This document shows positions 8,749-17,474 of a stretch of 64,000 nt of DNA, in pieces; position 1 is the first letter of the stretch; every line of letters begins with the position of its first letter. Source of the DNA: a bacterium (GTDB lineage: Bacteria > Zhuqueibacterota > Zhuqueibacteria > Zhuqueibacterales > Zhuqueibacteraceae); NCBI GenBank assembly GCA_044869275.1, contig JBIOXB010000195.1, positions 17,456 to 81,455 on the forward strand. The letters are read 5' to 3'. The notes below the pieces were generated by a model. The model searched no databases. It was not told where the DNA came from and was given only the letters and a program-made list of their open reading frames with translations. A program made the position numbers and the translations under genes.

Positions 8749-10356
8749 ATGCTATTCGCCTCCAAACCCAAACCCCATCATCGCCAGCGCCGTCCGGTCT
8801 GGGGCATTGCCCTGCTGGTTTTCCTGTTGCTCCTGGCTCCGATTTTCACCTATACGGCTTTGGAAATCTCCCGCGCGAATGAACAAGAAGCGCTATTGCA
8901 GAATATTTACCAGGCGCAACTCGGCGCGATTCTGTTTTCCGTGAACCAGTATTGCTGGGACGTGGTGACCGGCTGGGGCGGTTTTTTGCGCACGGAAATA
9001 TACGGCAAGGGCAGCCCGCCCGCTTCCCCGGCAGAAATCGTGGCAAGATTGGCAACCGCGCAAAAGCGCTACGCCGCACTCAGCGGAGCATTTTGTTCAG
9101 CGCCTGACGGGCTTTATTTGGCGCTATCCGATTCTTTGCTGCCGCTGCACGACAATATGGAACAAGGAATCCACCACGCCCTCGCCGGCGGCGCGTTAGA
9201 AATCGAAAGAATGCGGGAGCAAGCAAGCAAAGGTTATGTCCGGCCCGTGGTTTTGAAACTGCAAACGGAGGCACTGCGGCAGGATTTGATCTTTGTCTTT
9301 GCATTCGAATCCGGCAATGCCCACGCCAGTTTGAGCGGGTTTTTTCTTTCAACGGAGAGGTTTGTGCAGCAAGTGCTCCAGCCCAAAATCTCGGAATTTG
9401 CTTCGCAAAACTTTTTGCTGGCCGTCAAGCAGGCGGGAACAGATCGCGTCTTCTTTGCCACGCAGAATCTGGCGGGGGAAACTTTTGAACAAGAGGAAGC
9501 GCTGTGGGTGCTGCCTGACATGAAGCTGGCGGTCAAGCTCGCCGGTGCCAGCGCCGCTCAACTGGCGCGCGGCCGCACGCAGCAAACTCTGTTTTTGATG
9601 CTCGGCGTGGACGCCGTCATCATCATCGCCTTGATTTTTCTGCTGCGCGTGCTGCTGCGCGAAACCGAGCTGGCGCGCTTGAAATCGGATTTCGTCGATC
9701 ACGTGTCGCACGACCTGCGCACGCCGCTGGGCTTGCTGCGCATGTTTGCCGAGACGCTGGAAATGGGCCGCGTCGCCTCCGAGGAAAAGCGGCAGGAATA
9801 CTATCGCATTCTATCACGGGAAACCGCGCGCTTGACGCGGCTGGTTAACAACCTGCTCGACTTTTCCCGCATGCAGGCCGGACGCAAGGAATACGAGAAA
9901 AGGCAAATCCAGCTCGCGCCACTACTGCAAGAGGCGCTCAACACCTATCGTTTCCATTTGCAGCAGCGCGGCTTCGCGCTGGCCGAGGAGATCGATTTTG
10001 CCGTGCCTCCCATCATGGCCGACACGGAGGCCGTGGCGCAAGCATTTCTGAACTTGCTGGACAATGCCGTCAAATACAGCGAGCATGAGAAGCACCTCAC
10101 CGTCAGGCTACGGGGCGAAGGTGATTGGGCTCTGGTCGAAGTGGCCGATCGTGGAGTGGGTATTGCCGCCCAGCACCTCGACAAAATTTTCGGAAAATTC
10201 TATCGTATCGAACTGGCCGGCCAGGAAACGCGCGGCGCCGGCATCGGCCTGGCAATTGTGCAGCACATTATGGAGGCGCATGGCGGCTGCGTCGAGGTGA
10301 AAAGTGAACCAGGCAAAGGCAGCAGTTTCGTTTTGAAATTCCCATTGCAATCATAA
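8749..10356 (+). CDS. Membrane sensor histidine kinase
   Basis: Two TM segments around a periplasmic domain; H-box VSHDLRTPL, N-box NLLDNAVKYS, G boxes DRGVGI and GAGIGLAIV. Confidence 0.95.
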   Translation: MLFASKPKPHHRQRRPVWGIALLVFLLLLAPIFTYTALEISRANEQEALLQNIYQAQLGAILFSVNQYCWDVVTGWGGFLRTEIYGKGSPPASPAEIVARLATAQKRYAALSGAFCSAPDGLYLALSDSLLPLHDNMEQGIHHALAGGALEIERMREQASKGYVRPVVLKLQTEALRQDLIFVFAFESGNAHASLSGFFLSTERFVQQVLQPKISEFASQNFLLAVKQAGTDRVFFATQNLAGETFEQEEALWVLPDMKLAVKLAGASAAQLARGRTQQTLFLMLGVDAVIIIALIFLLRVLLRETELARLKSDFVDHVSHDLRTPLGLLRMFAETLEMGRVASEEKRQEYYRILSRETARLTRLVNNLLDFSRMQAGRKEYEKRQIQLAPLLQEALNTYRFHLQQRGFALAEEIDFAVPPIMADTEAVAQAFLNLLDNAVKYSEHEKHLTVRLRGEGDWALVEVADRGVGIAAQHLDKIFGKFYRIELAGQETRGAGIGLAIVQHIMEAHGGCVEVKSEPGKGSSFVLKFPLQS

Positions 10357-10436
10357 GCACCCAAACCGGGTTGTGGCGGTTTTCGATTGCGTGAGGAACC
10401 TTCACTCCTTTCTGTCATTCCGTAGGAGCATGAATC

Positions 10437-11120
10437 ATGGCCAAAATCCTCATCATCGAAGACGAACCCGACATGGCTCGCGGTCTGGAGGACAATCTCA
10501 AATTCGAAGGGTACGAAGTGCAAACCGCGAGCGATGGCACTACCGGGCTCAATTACGCCTTGTCCAATCCCGTTGATTTGATTTTGCTGGATCTCATGCT
10601 GCCGAAAATGCCGGGATATGAAGTGTGCAAAGCCCTGCGCGCGAAGGGCAATGCCACGCCCATCATCATGCTCACCGCCAAGGGGCAGGAAATCGATAAA
10701 GTCCTGGGCTTGGAATTGGGCGCGGACGACTATATCACCAAGCCCTTCAGTCTGCGCGAGCTGCTGGCGCGCATTCATGCGCTGCTGCGGCGCCAAGGCG
10801 CGGCCCGCACACAGCCGGTGGGCACTTATGCCTTTGGCGAACTGGTGCTGGATTTCGAACATTACCGCGCGACCAAAGCCGGGGAGGAAATCGAGCTCAC
10901 CCCGAAAGAGTTCGAAATCCTGCGCTACTTGATTGCGCATCGCGGTCAAACCGTGAATCGCTCCGAGCTGCTCGACCAGGTCTGGGGCATCGAGGATTAT
11001 CCCACCACGCGCACCGTGGACAATCACATTCTGAAATTGCGCAAAAAAATCGAAAAAAATCCCGCCAACCCGGATTACATCATCACGGTGCATGGCCTGG
11101 GCTATAAATTTTTGGGGTGA
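10437..11120 (+). CDS. OmpR/PhoB-family response regulator
   Basis: IIEDE, LLDLMLP, LTAK, GADDYITKPF, winged-helix TRTVDNHILKLRKK. Confidence 0.96.
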   Translation: MAKILIIEDEPDMARGLEDNLKFEGYEVQTASDGTTGLNYALSNPVDLILLDLMLPKMPGYEVCKALRAKGNATPIIMLTAKGQEIDKVLGLELGADDYITKPFSLRELLARIHALLRRQGAARTQPVGTYAFGELVLDFEHYRATKAGEEIELTPKEFEILRYLIAHRGQTVNRSELLDQVWGIEDYPTTRTVDNHILKLRKKIEKNPANPDYIITVHGLGYKFLG

Positions 11121-11222
11121 TACGTTTTCCGCAACCCTCTGCGATTTCTACTCGCTCACGATTGCTCCTGGGTAAGAAACAAGGTGTTCTCACACCGTCT
11201 GACTCCCGGCGAAATGGCAAAG

Positions 11223-11318
11223 CCCGGAAAAGCCGGAACCTCATCCCGACTTACTCGGGACAAAACACAAAATCCAAAAGTGGCTTTGAGTTTTGAGCTT
11301 TGGATTTTGGATTTCTTT
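11223..11318. repeat. Dispersed hairpin element, copy 1 (related to 38942-39025)
   Basis: cccggaaaagccggaac...aaaacacaaaatccaaaagtggctttgagttttgagctttggattttggatttcttt, closely matching the element at 38942-39025. Confidence 0.8.
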
Positions 11319-11336
11319 CTCTGGCATGCCACGCCG

Positions 11337-11372
11337 TGACAATTTTTTACAATCTTTCACGGGCAAATGACA
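11337..11372 (+). promoter_or_regulatory. Second copy of the putative OmpR-family operator
   Basis: TGACA 11337, TTACA 11347, TCACG 11357, TGACA 11368; context cgtgacaattttttacaatcttt versus cgtgacatttttttacatcttt at 8679. Confidence 0.6.
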
Positions 11373-11432
11373 ACCGGAAACAGCTCAAGCCGTATCCTAA
11401 CCCACAACAAAAGACCATCTGGCCGCAAGATC

Positions 11433-12512
11433 ATGATGAATGCATTCAAAATCACTGCAAAGACACTCGGAAGAGTCATGACGGTTCCGCTGCTCACGCT
11501 TGCATTTGGCATGAAACCGGCGCCTGCCCAGGAATGGCGCGAAGCTGTTTCACTCGCCGGCAATTGGAAATTCGAGATCGGCGACAATCCCCAATACCGC
11601 GAGCGCGATTGCGAGGACTCGAATTGGGAGCAGATTCATGTCCCCGGCGCGTGGGAGAATCAGGGTTTTCCGGGTTACGACGGTTATGCCTGGTATCGCA
11701 AAGATTTTCGCACGCCGCCACAGGCCGGAGAATATCTTTTGTATCTGCACCTGGGAAATATCGATGACGCTGACGAAACCTATGTGAACGGCAAATTGGT
11801 CGGATATCAAGGCCGGTTCCCGCCGTTTTATGAAACGGCTTATAACTACGCGCGAACATACTTGATTCCACCGGATTTCTTGGATCCTTCCGGCGAGAAC
11901 GTGATTGCCATCCGCGTTTACGACGACGAGCTGGCGGGCGGTCTCATATACGGGGAGTTCGGCATCTTTTATAAACCCGACCAGATGCAAGTCACCCTGC
12001 CTTTGAGCGGTCCATGGAAGCTAAGGCTGGAGGATCAGCGCCGATTCGCCCAGCCGGATTGGGATGACGCCGGCTGGCAGCAGGTTGCGGTGCCGAGTTA
12101 CTGGGACAGCTACGGCCATAAAGACTATGATGGCATCGGCTGGTATCGCACAAAATTCCGGCTGCCCAAGGATCTCGTGAATGAGAAGCTCATCCTCTTT
12201 TTAGGGAGAATCGACGACGTCGATCAGGTCTATGTCAATGGCAAGTTTCTGGGCAAGACCGGACCATGGCCGGTTCGCGATAATGTTCGCGGCTTCTACG
12301 ACGATTATTATCTGCAAGTGCGCGCCTATTACTTTCCCAAGGACCTGCTCTGGCCGGACCGGGAAAACGTCATCGCCGTGCGCGTCTTCGATAGCATCCT
12401 GCATGGCGGGATTTGGGACGGGCCGGTGGGCTTGGCAACGCGCCGGCAGTATATGAAGTGGCGGGACCGCAATGCCTCTCCGCAAGATCTGTTGTGGCGG
12501 CTGTTTAAATGA
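11433..12512 (+). CDS. Exported protein made of two GH2-type (beta-galactosidase jelly-roll) sugar-binding domains
   Basis: Duplicated 'L.G.WK...D...W....VP..WE..G...YDG..WYR..F......L.LG.IDD.D..YVNG...G' unit; no catalytic barrel. Start moved downstream of the operator. Confidence 0.8.
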   Translation: MMNAFKITAKTLGRVMTVPLLTLAFGMKPAPAQEWREAVSLAGNWKFEIGDNPQYRERDCEDSNWEQIHVPGAWENQGFPGYDGYAWYRKDFRTPPQAGEYLLYLHLGNIDDADETYVNGKLVGYQGRFPPFYETAYNYARTYLIPPDFLDPSGENVIAIRVYDDELAGGLIYGEFGIFYKPDQMQVTLPLSGPWKLRLEDQRRFAQPDWDDAGWQQVAVPSYWDSYGHKDYDGIGWYRTKFRLPKDLVNEKLILFLGRIDDVDQVYVNGKFLGKTGPWPVRDNVRGFYDDYYLQVRAYYFPKDLLWPDRENVIAVRVFDSILHGGIWDGPVGLATRRQYMKWRDRNASPQDLLWRLFK

Positions 12513-12560
12513 AGCAAACACACCCGGGTACGGGAATCCAAATCTACAAAGGAGTATACC

Positions 12561-12980
12561 ATGAAGCACAAGACTTTGATAGCTGCCTGGCTAGTCGCTA
12601 GCTTGTTCGCAGGCACGGCGGCAGGCCAGAACCAACCTCAACAAGACAGGCTGCAAATGCTGGCGAAGCGCAGTTACCTTTCGTCGTTGAATTCCGAACA
12701 CGCTTGCATCCGCAACAGCACTATTTTTCGCGTGATGCAGTATCGCGCGGCATATCCGCAGGACGACCTTCGGCCATTCGTAAAAGCCTTGCGCGAGATG
12801 AGCGTAAAAGACGCTTCTCCGCAGAATCGCTTGTATGCTTTCGTTGCCTGCACTTTTTTGGAGAACGAAAAACTATGGCAGGCGGCGGGCAAGCCACCCA
12901 AGCAGGAAGATGGCAAAGAGGCTTACTTCGCGCGCCTGCAAGGAATCTTGCAAAGCAACGAAGCGGTGGCGAAAGAATGA
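12561..12980 (+). CDS. Exported hypothetical helical protein
   Basis: SD aaggag, signal peptide MKHKTLIAAWLVASLFAGTAAG. Confidence 0.7.
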   Translation: MKHKTLIAAWLVASLFAGTAAGQNQPQQDRLQMLAKRSYLSSLNSEHACIRNSTIFRVMQYRAAYPQDDLRPFVKALREMSVKDASPQNRLYAFVACTFLENEKLWQAAGKPPKQEDGKEAYFARLQGILQSNEAVAKE

Positions 12981-13133
12981 ATGCAACTGGTGCAGGCCAT
13001 GGGAGAGGGATCCTTTTCAGAATTTGAGGCTGCCTCGCTTCTGCAAAGGATTCCTCTTGACCAACGGCAAGAATGGGTACACAGCCAAACGCATGAGAGT
13101 TACGCGACGCTGCGCGGGTTCGATCCACGCGCT

Positions 13134-14003
13134 TCACTTTTCCGGCGGCGAAACTTGCGCCGCCTCATTGCCGAAGAAAAAGACCAGCGGCCGCCACGCG
13201 CGCCGGCCCCAGGAGGCTTCGTTGTGGCCGTCGCCGATGCCATAATGATATTCCAAATCCTCCCGCAAGACAAATCCTTTTTTGATCAGGGTATCGCGCA
13301 TGCGTTTAAATACCGACAGATACCGCCCCTCGTCATTTTCGCTGCCGTGATCCGTGTAGAGGCGAATGCGCGGGGTGGGCTTGGGGTCATGCTTGATATC
13401 TTCAAACACCGCGGCTTTGTTCCACATCCATGAGGCGGAAATGCCTCCCGCCATGCTGAACACTTCCGGATGCCACCAGGCCAGATAAAAAGAAATCAAG
13501 CCACCCAGAGAAGAACCCATCACCGCCGTGGCTTCGCGATTGGGCAGCGTGCGAAAATGCGCGTCGATGAACGGCTTGACTTCTTGAATGATGAACTCGG
13601 CATATTTCTGCCCCTTCAGCGGCGTGTATTCCTGAATGCGCGCCGGAGTGTTCCACAAGCCGACAATGATGAAGGGGCGAACGAGCTGGCGTTGCAGTAA
13701 AAATTCCGCGGTTCCATCAAGCTGCCAATCCACGCCGGCGAAAGCCGTGGTGGGGTCGAAAAGATTCTGGCCGTCTTGCACGTAAATCACGGGGTAACGC
13801 CTGCTGGCGTCCGTTTCATAATCCGGGGGCACCCAGATCGTGAAGTTGCGCTCATTGCCAAGATGTTTTGAAGGGAATTTGCGAATGTGCCGCAAATTAC
13901 CCTGAATTTCGGCAGCAGCCGGCCGCCGTTCCATAAAAGACCGAAAAGGCATCTTCCTAAAAACCTTTCCAAATGAGAAATTGTGTTCGTGGGGTTCTTT
14001 CAC
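13134..14003 (-). CDS. Alpha/beta-hydrolase esterase (Fes/IroE-like)
   Basis: YPVIYVQDGQNLF, nucleophile elbow GSSLGG, GHNEASW. Start uncertain. Confidence 0.9.
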   Translation of the reverse strand: MKEPHEHNFSFGKVFRKMPFRSFMERRPAAAEIQGNLRHIRKFPSKHLGNERNFTIWVPPDYETDASRRYPVIYVQDGQNLFDPTTAFAGVDWQLDGTAEFLLQRQLVRPFIIVGLWNTPARIQEYTPLKGQKYAEFIIQEVKPFIDAHFRTLPNREATAVMGSSLGGLISFYLAWWHPEVFSMAGGISASWMWNKAAVFEDIKHDPKPTPRIRLYTDHGSENDEGRYLSVFKRMRDTLIKKGFVLREDLEYHYGIGDGHNEASWGRRAWRPLVFFFGNEAAQVSPPEK

Positions 14004-14034
14004 TTCGTCGAGAATTGCAGGTCGTGTGCGGGCG

Positions 14035-14262
14035 TCATGATTTCAAAAAAGCGGGTAAATCCTCCGCCGCGGCATGCTCCTCCCACTTGATCCATTCAAA
14101 CGGCGTGCGGCAAGCGCGGCAATAGAATTGCGCATAGGCATGCGTCGTCCCAAACGCCGCTTCGCCGTGCGTGTCTTGCGAATGGCAAAACGGGCAGGAC
14201 ACCGCCGGCTGCAATGCGTTGCCGCGAGCAGCCGGGGTTTTGTTCTCGGAAAATCGTTTCAT
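14035..14262 (-). CDS. Stand-alone PaaD-type zinc beta-ribbon protein
   Basis: CPFCHSQDT...FG...YCRACRTPFEWIK resembles the PaaD C-terminal domain; ATGA overlap with the paaC-like gene. Confidence 0.8.
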   Translation of the reverse strand: MKRFSENKTPAARGNALQPAVSCPFCHSQDTHGEAAFGTTHAYAQFYCRACRTPFEWIKWEEHAAAEDLPAFLKS

Positions 14263-15098
14263 GCTTCACCCAATTTGAAAATCGCATTCTTGCTGCCGCG
14301 CAGATGATAGAGCAATTGTGCGTCCGGCTGGGTGGCGGCGCAGCGGCGCGTGCTGGCATTCCATGCACCGAATGCAAGTGGCTTTTGCAGGCGCCAATGC
14401 TCGCCCTCTTTTTCCAGGCCGAGGCTCATCTGGTGTTGCGCCGCCAGCGGCTCGACCCAATCTAAAAACCGTTGCGCCAAATCCTGCCAGGACATATTGA
14501 TCACACCGTCGCGCTGCAATGCTGCCATCATTTGATGCTCCGCCGGCCCCAACCATTCCATGGTTGAGACGAGCACGCGGCGGCAAGCTTCTTCCAGCAG
14601 CGCTTTGGTGGGCGCGCCGGCGGCGGCGAGCGAATGGAACCAGCCTTGCGCGTTGCGCACGTGATGCTTCTCTTCTTCTACCATCTTGTCGACAAAATTT
14701 GCCACCGGCTCGAAAGCAGAGCGTTGCAGTGCGGTCAATAATACCGTCAACGCGCCGTCGGTGAGGAAATTGACCGCGACAAAATCCGCCCAATGCTGCA
14801 GGGGCTGATCGAGGGCAGGCACATTTGCAAAATCCGTGAAGGCGCGGCCTTCCAGTAAATCTTGTGGAGGAACATGAAAGTGGGACGTCAAACAAGCATG
14901 CAAAAGGCGCAAATGGCCGAACTCATCCTGCGCCATGCTGCATGCCGCGATGCTGGCTTCCAGCGCCGGCGTGCCGAACGTCCATTCGCCGTAATGAAAG
15001 CCGAGAAAGAGCTTGCTATCGGCCAAAGCCAATAGCAACGCCTGCACGGCGTCGCGCGTGGGCGCGGGCAAGTCGGCGGCGGATTTGAAGGTCGGCAC
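14259..15098 (-). CDS. paaC: Ring-1,2-phenylacetyl-CoA epoxidase subunit C-like (ferritin fold)
   Basis: LADSKLFLG..YGEW....PALEASIA..SMAQDEFGH, EEEKHH; GTG start 15098 with SD gagga. Confidence 0.85.
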   Translation of the reverse strand: MPTFKSAADLPAPTRDAVQALLLALADSKLFLGFHYGEWTFGTPALEASIAACSMAQDEFGHLRLLHACLTSHFHVPPQDLLEGRAFTDFANVPALDQPLQHWADFVAVNFLTDGALTVLLTALQRSAFEPVANFVDKMVEEEKHHVRNAQGWFHSLAAAGAPTKALLEEACRRVLVSTMEWLGPAEHQMMAALQRDGVINMSWQDLAQRFLDWVEPLAAQHQMSLGLEKEGEHWRLQKPLAFGAWNASTRRCAATQPDAQLLYHLRGSKNAIFKLGEA

Positions 15099-15122
15099 GG
15101 TTGTCCTCAAAAATGGTAAGGA

Positions 15123-15338
15123 TCAATTTCCCCAGATCGGCTTGCCCTCGGAATTCAAAACCGGAATCACTTCCTGGCGGCGCACGACGCACATCTCCAC
15201 CCATGTTTCTTCATCGTAGGCCGTCCACGCATGGACTTTTGCCAGATCGTCGTTCGGCGCATTCACGCTGCCCACATGCATGAGCGGTTCTTCGTGATTC
15301 TTACGGGCAAAGACTTCGTAGATTATTTGTGCCTTCAT
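15123..15338 (-). CDS. paaB: PaaB-like small subunit
   Basis: MKAQIIYEVFARK...HVGSVNAPNDDLA...YDEE.W.EMCVV; the 3' end of ORF 15123..15614, ATG at 15338. Confidence 0.75.
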   Translation of the reverse strand: MKAQIIYEVFARKNHEEPLMHVGSVNAPNDDLAKVHAWTAYDEETWVEMCVVRRQEVIPVLNSEGKPIWGN

Positions 15339-15376
15339 TTTTTGCGGCCAGCGTTTTTTGAACACACCAGTAAAAC

Positions 15377-16735
15377 TCAACTCACGGCGCGCGACTTCGA
15401 GGCGCGCTTCAGCCGTGAAGCCAGTACTGGCGTGCTCAAACGTTTCCAAGCGGCGGCGGCATTGATAATGCCGAAACCGAGATTGTAATCCCAGCCGTCG
15501 CCCTCCAGATCCGTGGCGCTGCGCAGCAATGCGCCTTTCAATTGCGCCGGGGTCAAACGCGCGGGTGAGAATTTCTGGCGTAAGGCTGCGGCCACGCCTG
15601 CCGCCACCGGACACGCCGCCGAGGTGCCGCTATCGGCCGGAAAGATTCCTGACCCGGCAAAATGGCTGTAAGCAGCCAGATCCGGTTTCTGCATCTCCAA
15701 CCCGCCCGGACCCTGGGAAGAATATCCCAAACGGCGGTCCGTCAAAGTGGCCGCGGCCACGGTGATAACATCGGGATGCGAATTTGCACCGTGAATGCTG
15801 GCGCCCGGACCACGATCCATTTCGCCGCAGCGCGGATCGGGGCAATTGCCGCCACAATTTCCCGCGGCGAAAAATACGTCCGCGCCCGCGGTCACCAGGG
15901 CACGCACGATTTGATTGAAGGGATGCTCGAGGTTCATGCTGTAGTTTTCCGGCGATCCCAATGGCGCATCTTCGGCGCGATTGTACATGCCCCAGCTATT
16001 GTTGACCACCAGGGGGCCGGGCTCGCGTGAGGTGATCAACTCGATCAAGTCGGCAAGCGCCGCAATCGCATCGGAAAGAAACGCGATCCACGCGTTATTA
16101 TTCGCCGAGCGCAACAACGCATAATCGAGAATGGCCGCTTCCGGCGCGGCGATTTGCGCGTCGAAAGCCACCATGGTACCATGCTCGCGCAACGCCGTTC
16201 CCGGCACGTAGTTGACGTCCGGTGACCAGCCGCCGGTGACCGGAACCATGTCGCCATTCACGCCGGTATCGACGATGGCGATACGAACTTTTTTGCCGGT
16301 AATGTTCTCACGCTGCAAGGTGCGCATGCCGAGCTTATTGAACACCTCGGTGGCACTGCCCATCGCCGCACGGCCGCAATAGGGCGTGGGAAAAGGTGAA
16401 ATGGAAGGGTCGGCATAAACGCCTAGGACTTCACGGTGCCGATCGTGGCGCAGACGATTAATCGCCTCTTCGTCCTCCGCACGTACGCGCACCCCATAGG
16501 CTGGGCCCATTTCCTTGCTGAATATTTTGTCGTAGCGCAGCCCCTCGGCGGCGCCAGGATTCTTTCTCATCGCCGGTAGGCCGGGGAGAGGGACCGGATG
16601 GTATTGTTCGTCTATTTCCAAACCCTGGACCTGAACTTCTCTCTCCAACTGGTTTTGCGCCCGCTCCATCGACTTTTGATGCCACCCTCGCCTCAGTGAA
16701 TCCCGATCGCGCAAAACCACGATCTTCTGCAGCAT
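15377..16735 (-). CDS. S8 (subtilase) serine protease without a signal peptide
   Basis: Triad IAIVDTG / HGTMVA / GTSAACP, oxyanion FAAGN, YSSQGPG, KPDLAA. Confidence 0.92.
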   Translation of the reverse strand: MLQKIVVLRDRDSLRRGWHQKSMERAQNQLEREVQVQGLEIDEQYHPVPLPGLPAMRKNPGAAEGLRYDKIFSKEMGPAYGVRVRAEDEEAINRLRHDRHREVLGVYADPSISPFPTPYCGRAAMGSATEVFNKLGMRTLQRENITGKKVRIAIVDTGVNGDMVPVTGGWSPDVNYVPGTALREHGTMVAFDAQIAAPEAAILDYALLRSANNNAWIAFLSDAIAALADLIELITSREPGPLVVNNSWGMYNRAEDAPLGSPENYSMNLEHPFNQIVRALVTAGADVFFAAGNCGGNCPDPRCGEMDRGPGASIHGANSHPDVITVAAATLTDRRLGYSSQGPGGLEMQKPDLAAYSHFAGSGIFPADSGTSAACPVAAGVAAALRQKFSPARLTPAQLKGALLRSATDLEGDGWDYNLGFGIINAAAAWKRLSTPVLASRLKRASKSRAVS

Positions 16736-16774
16736 TCCGACCCTTTCAAAAGACTGGCTTTTTCAAGTATGCAC

Positions 16775-17086
16775 TCACCGAAATTTCTGCGCGCTTGCCA
16801 TTTGCACCCGTCCATCCGAAAAGAACTTGACCCCATCGCCGAGCATCTTTTCCGCGCGCTGCCTGGCTTCGGGCGTGGCCTGCCCGCGCACCACAACACG
16901 CTGTTGCTGCGCATTGACGCAGATTGGCCGGTAATTCTTGTCCAGCTCTATCCCCGTCCCCTGTAGCAGGCGCTGCAATTGCTTGAGATCGACTGGCGTT
17001 CCCACGGTAGCGCGAGCGGAATTCACTCTTTCGGGTGCCAAGTCAATTTGAATAATGTATCGTTGAGGAGCAACCGGCATCTTCAT
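16775..17086 (-). CDS. Small protein resembling the adjacent subtilase prodomain (putative inhibitor)
   Basis: SD aggaggg; GIELDKNYRPI / VVVRGQA / FFSDGRV parallel GLEIDEQYHPV / YGVRVRA / VYADPSI in the S8 N-terminus. Confidence 0.7.
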   Translation of the reverse strand: MKMPVAPQRYIIQIDLAPERVNSARATVGTPVDLKQLQRLLQGTGIELDKNYRPICVNAQQQRVVVRGQATPEARQRAEKMLGDGVKFFSDGRVQMASAQKFR

Positions 17087-17147
17087 GCGGATACCCTCCT
17101 TTCCTCGAGATAAAACGATTGAACTTCAAATCACACTCTGAATAAAA

Positions 17148-17462
17148 TCATACCGCAATGCCCATACTCAACAACACCGCGCGGCCGTTTGGCGTCAGGC
17201 GCGTCTTGGTCCACGGCGGATTCCACACCACGTTCACCTGTGCCGAGGAAATGCCGGGCAGCGTTTGCACTTTGTCGCGCACCTCGTCGATGATCATGCC
17301 CATGGCCGGGCAGGCAATCGCCGTAAAGGTTAAATCGATTTCGGCGTTGCCATGTTGCACGCGCACGTCATAAATCAAACCCATGTCCACGACGCTGAGG
17401 GGCAATTCCGGATCCATGACTTCCTGCAACGCCTGCCAGACGTTGTGTTTTTCTGCTCCCAT
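17148..17462 (-). CDS. paaD: PaaD N-terminal / DUF59 (SufT-like) metal-sulfur cluster assembly factor
   Basis: VMDPELPLSVVDMGLIY, TAIACPA, VWNPPWT. Confidence 0.85.
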   Translation of the reverse strand: MGAEKHNVWQALQEVMDPELPLSVVDMGLIYDVRVQHGNAEIDLTFTAIACPAMGMIIDEVRDKVQTLPGISSAQVNVVWNPPWTKTRLTPNGRAVLLSMGIAV

Positions 17463-17474
17463 CGCTTTACCCGA

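Noticed and set aside
12981..13433. 150-aa ORF directly after the exported protein
   Set aside because: Mostly antisense to the esterase gene; no motif.
15339..15614. N-terminal extension of the paaB-like ORF
   Set aside because: Overlaps the S8 3' end; PaaB-like sequence begins at ATG 15338.
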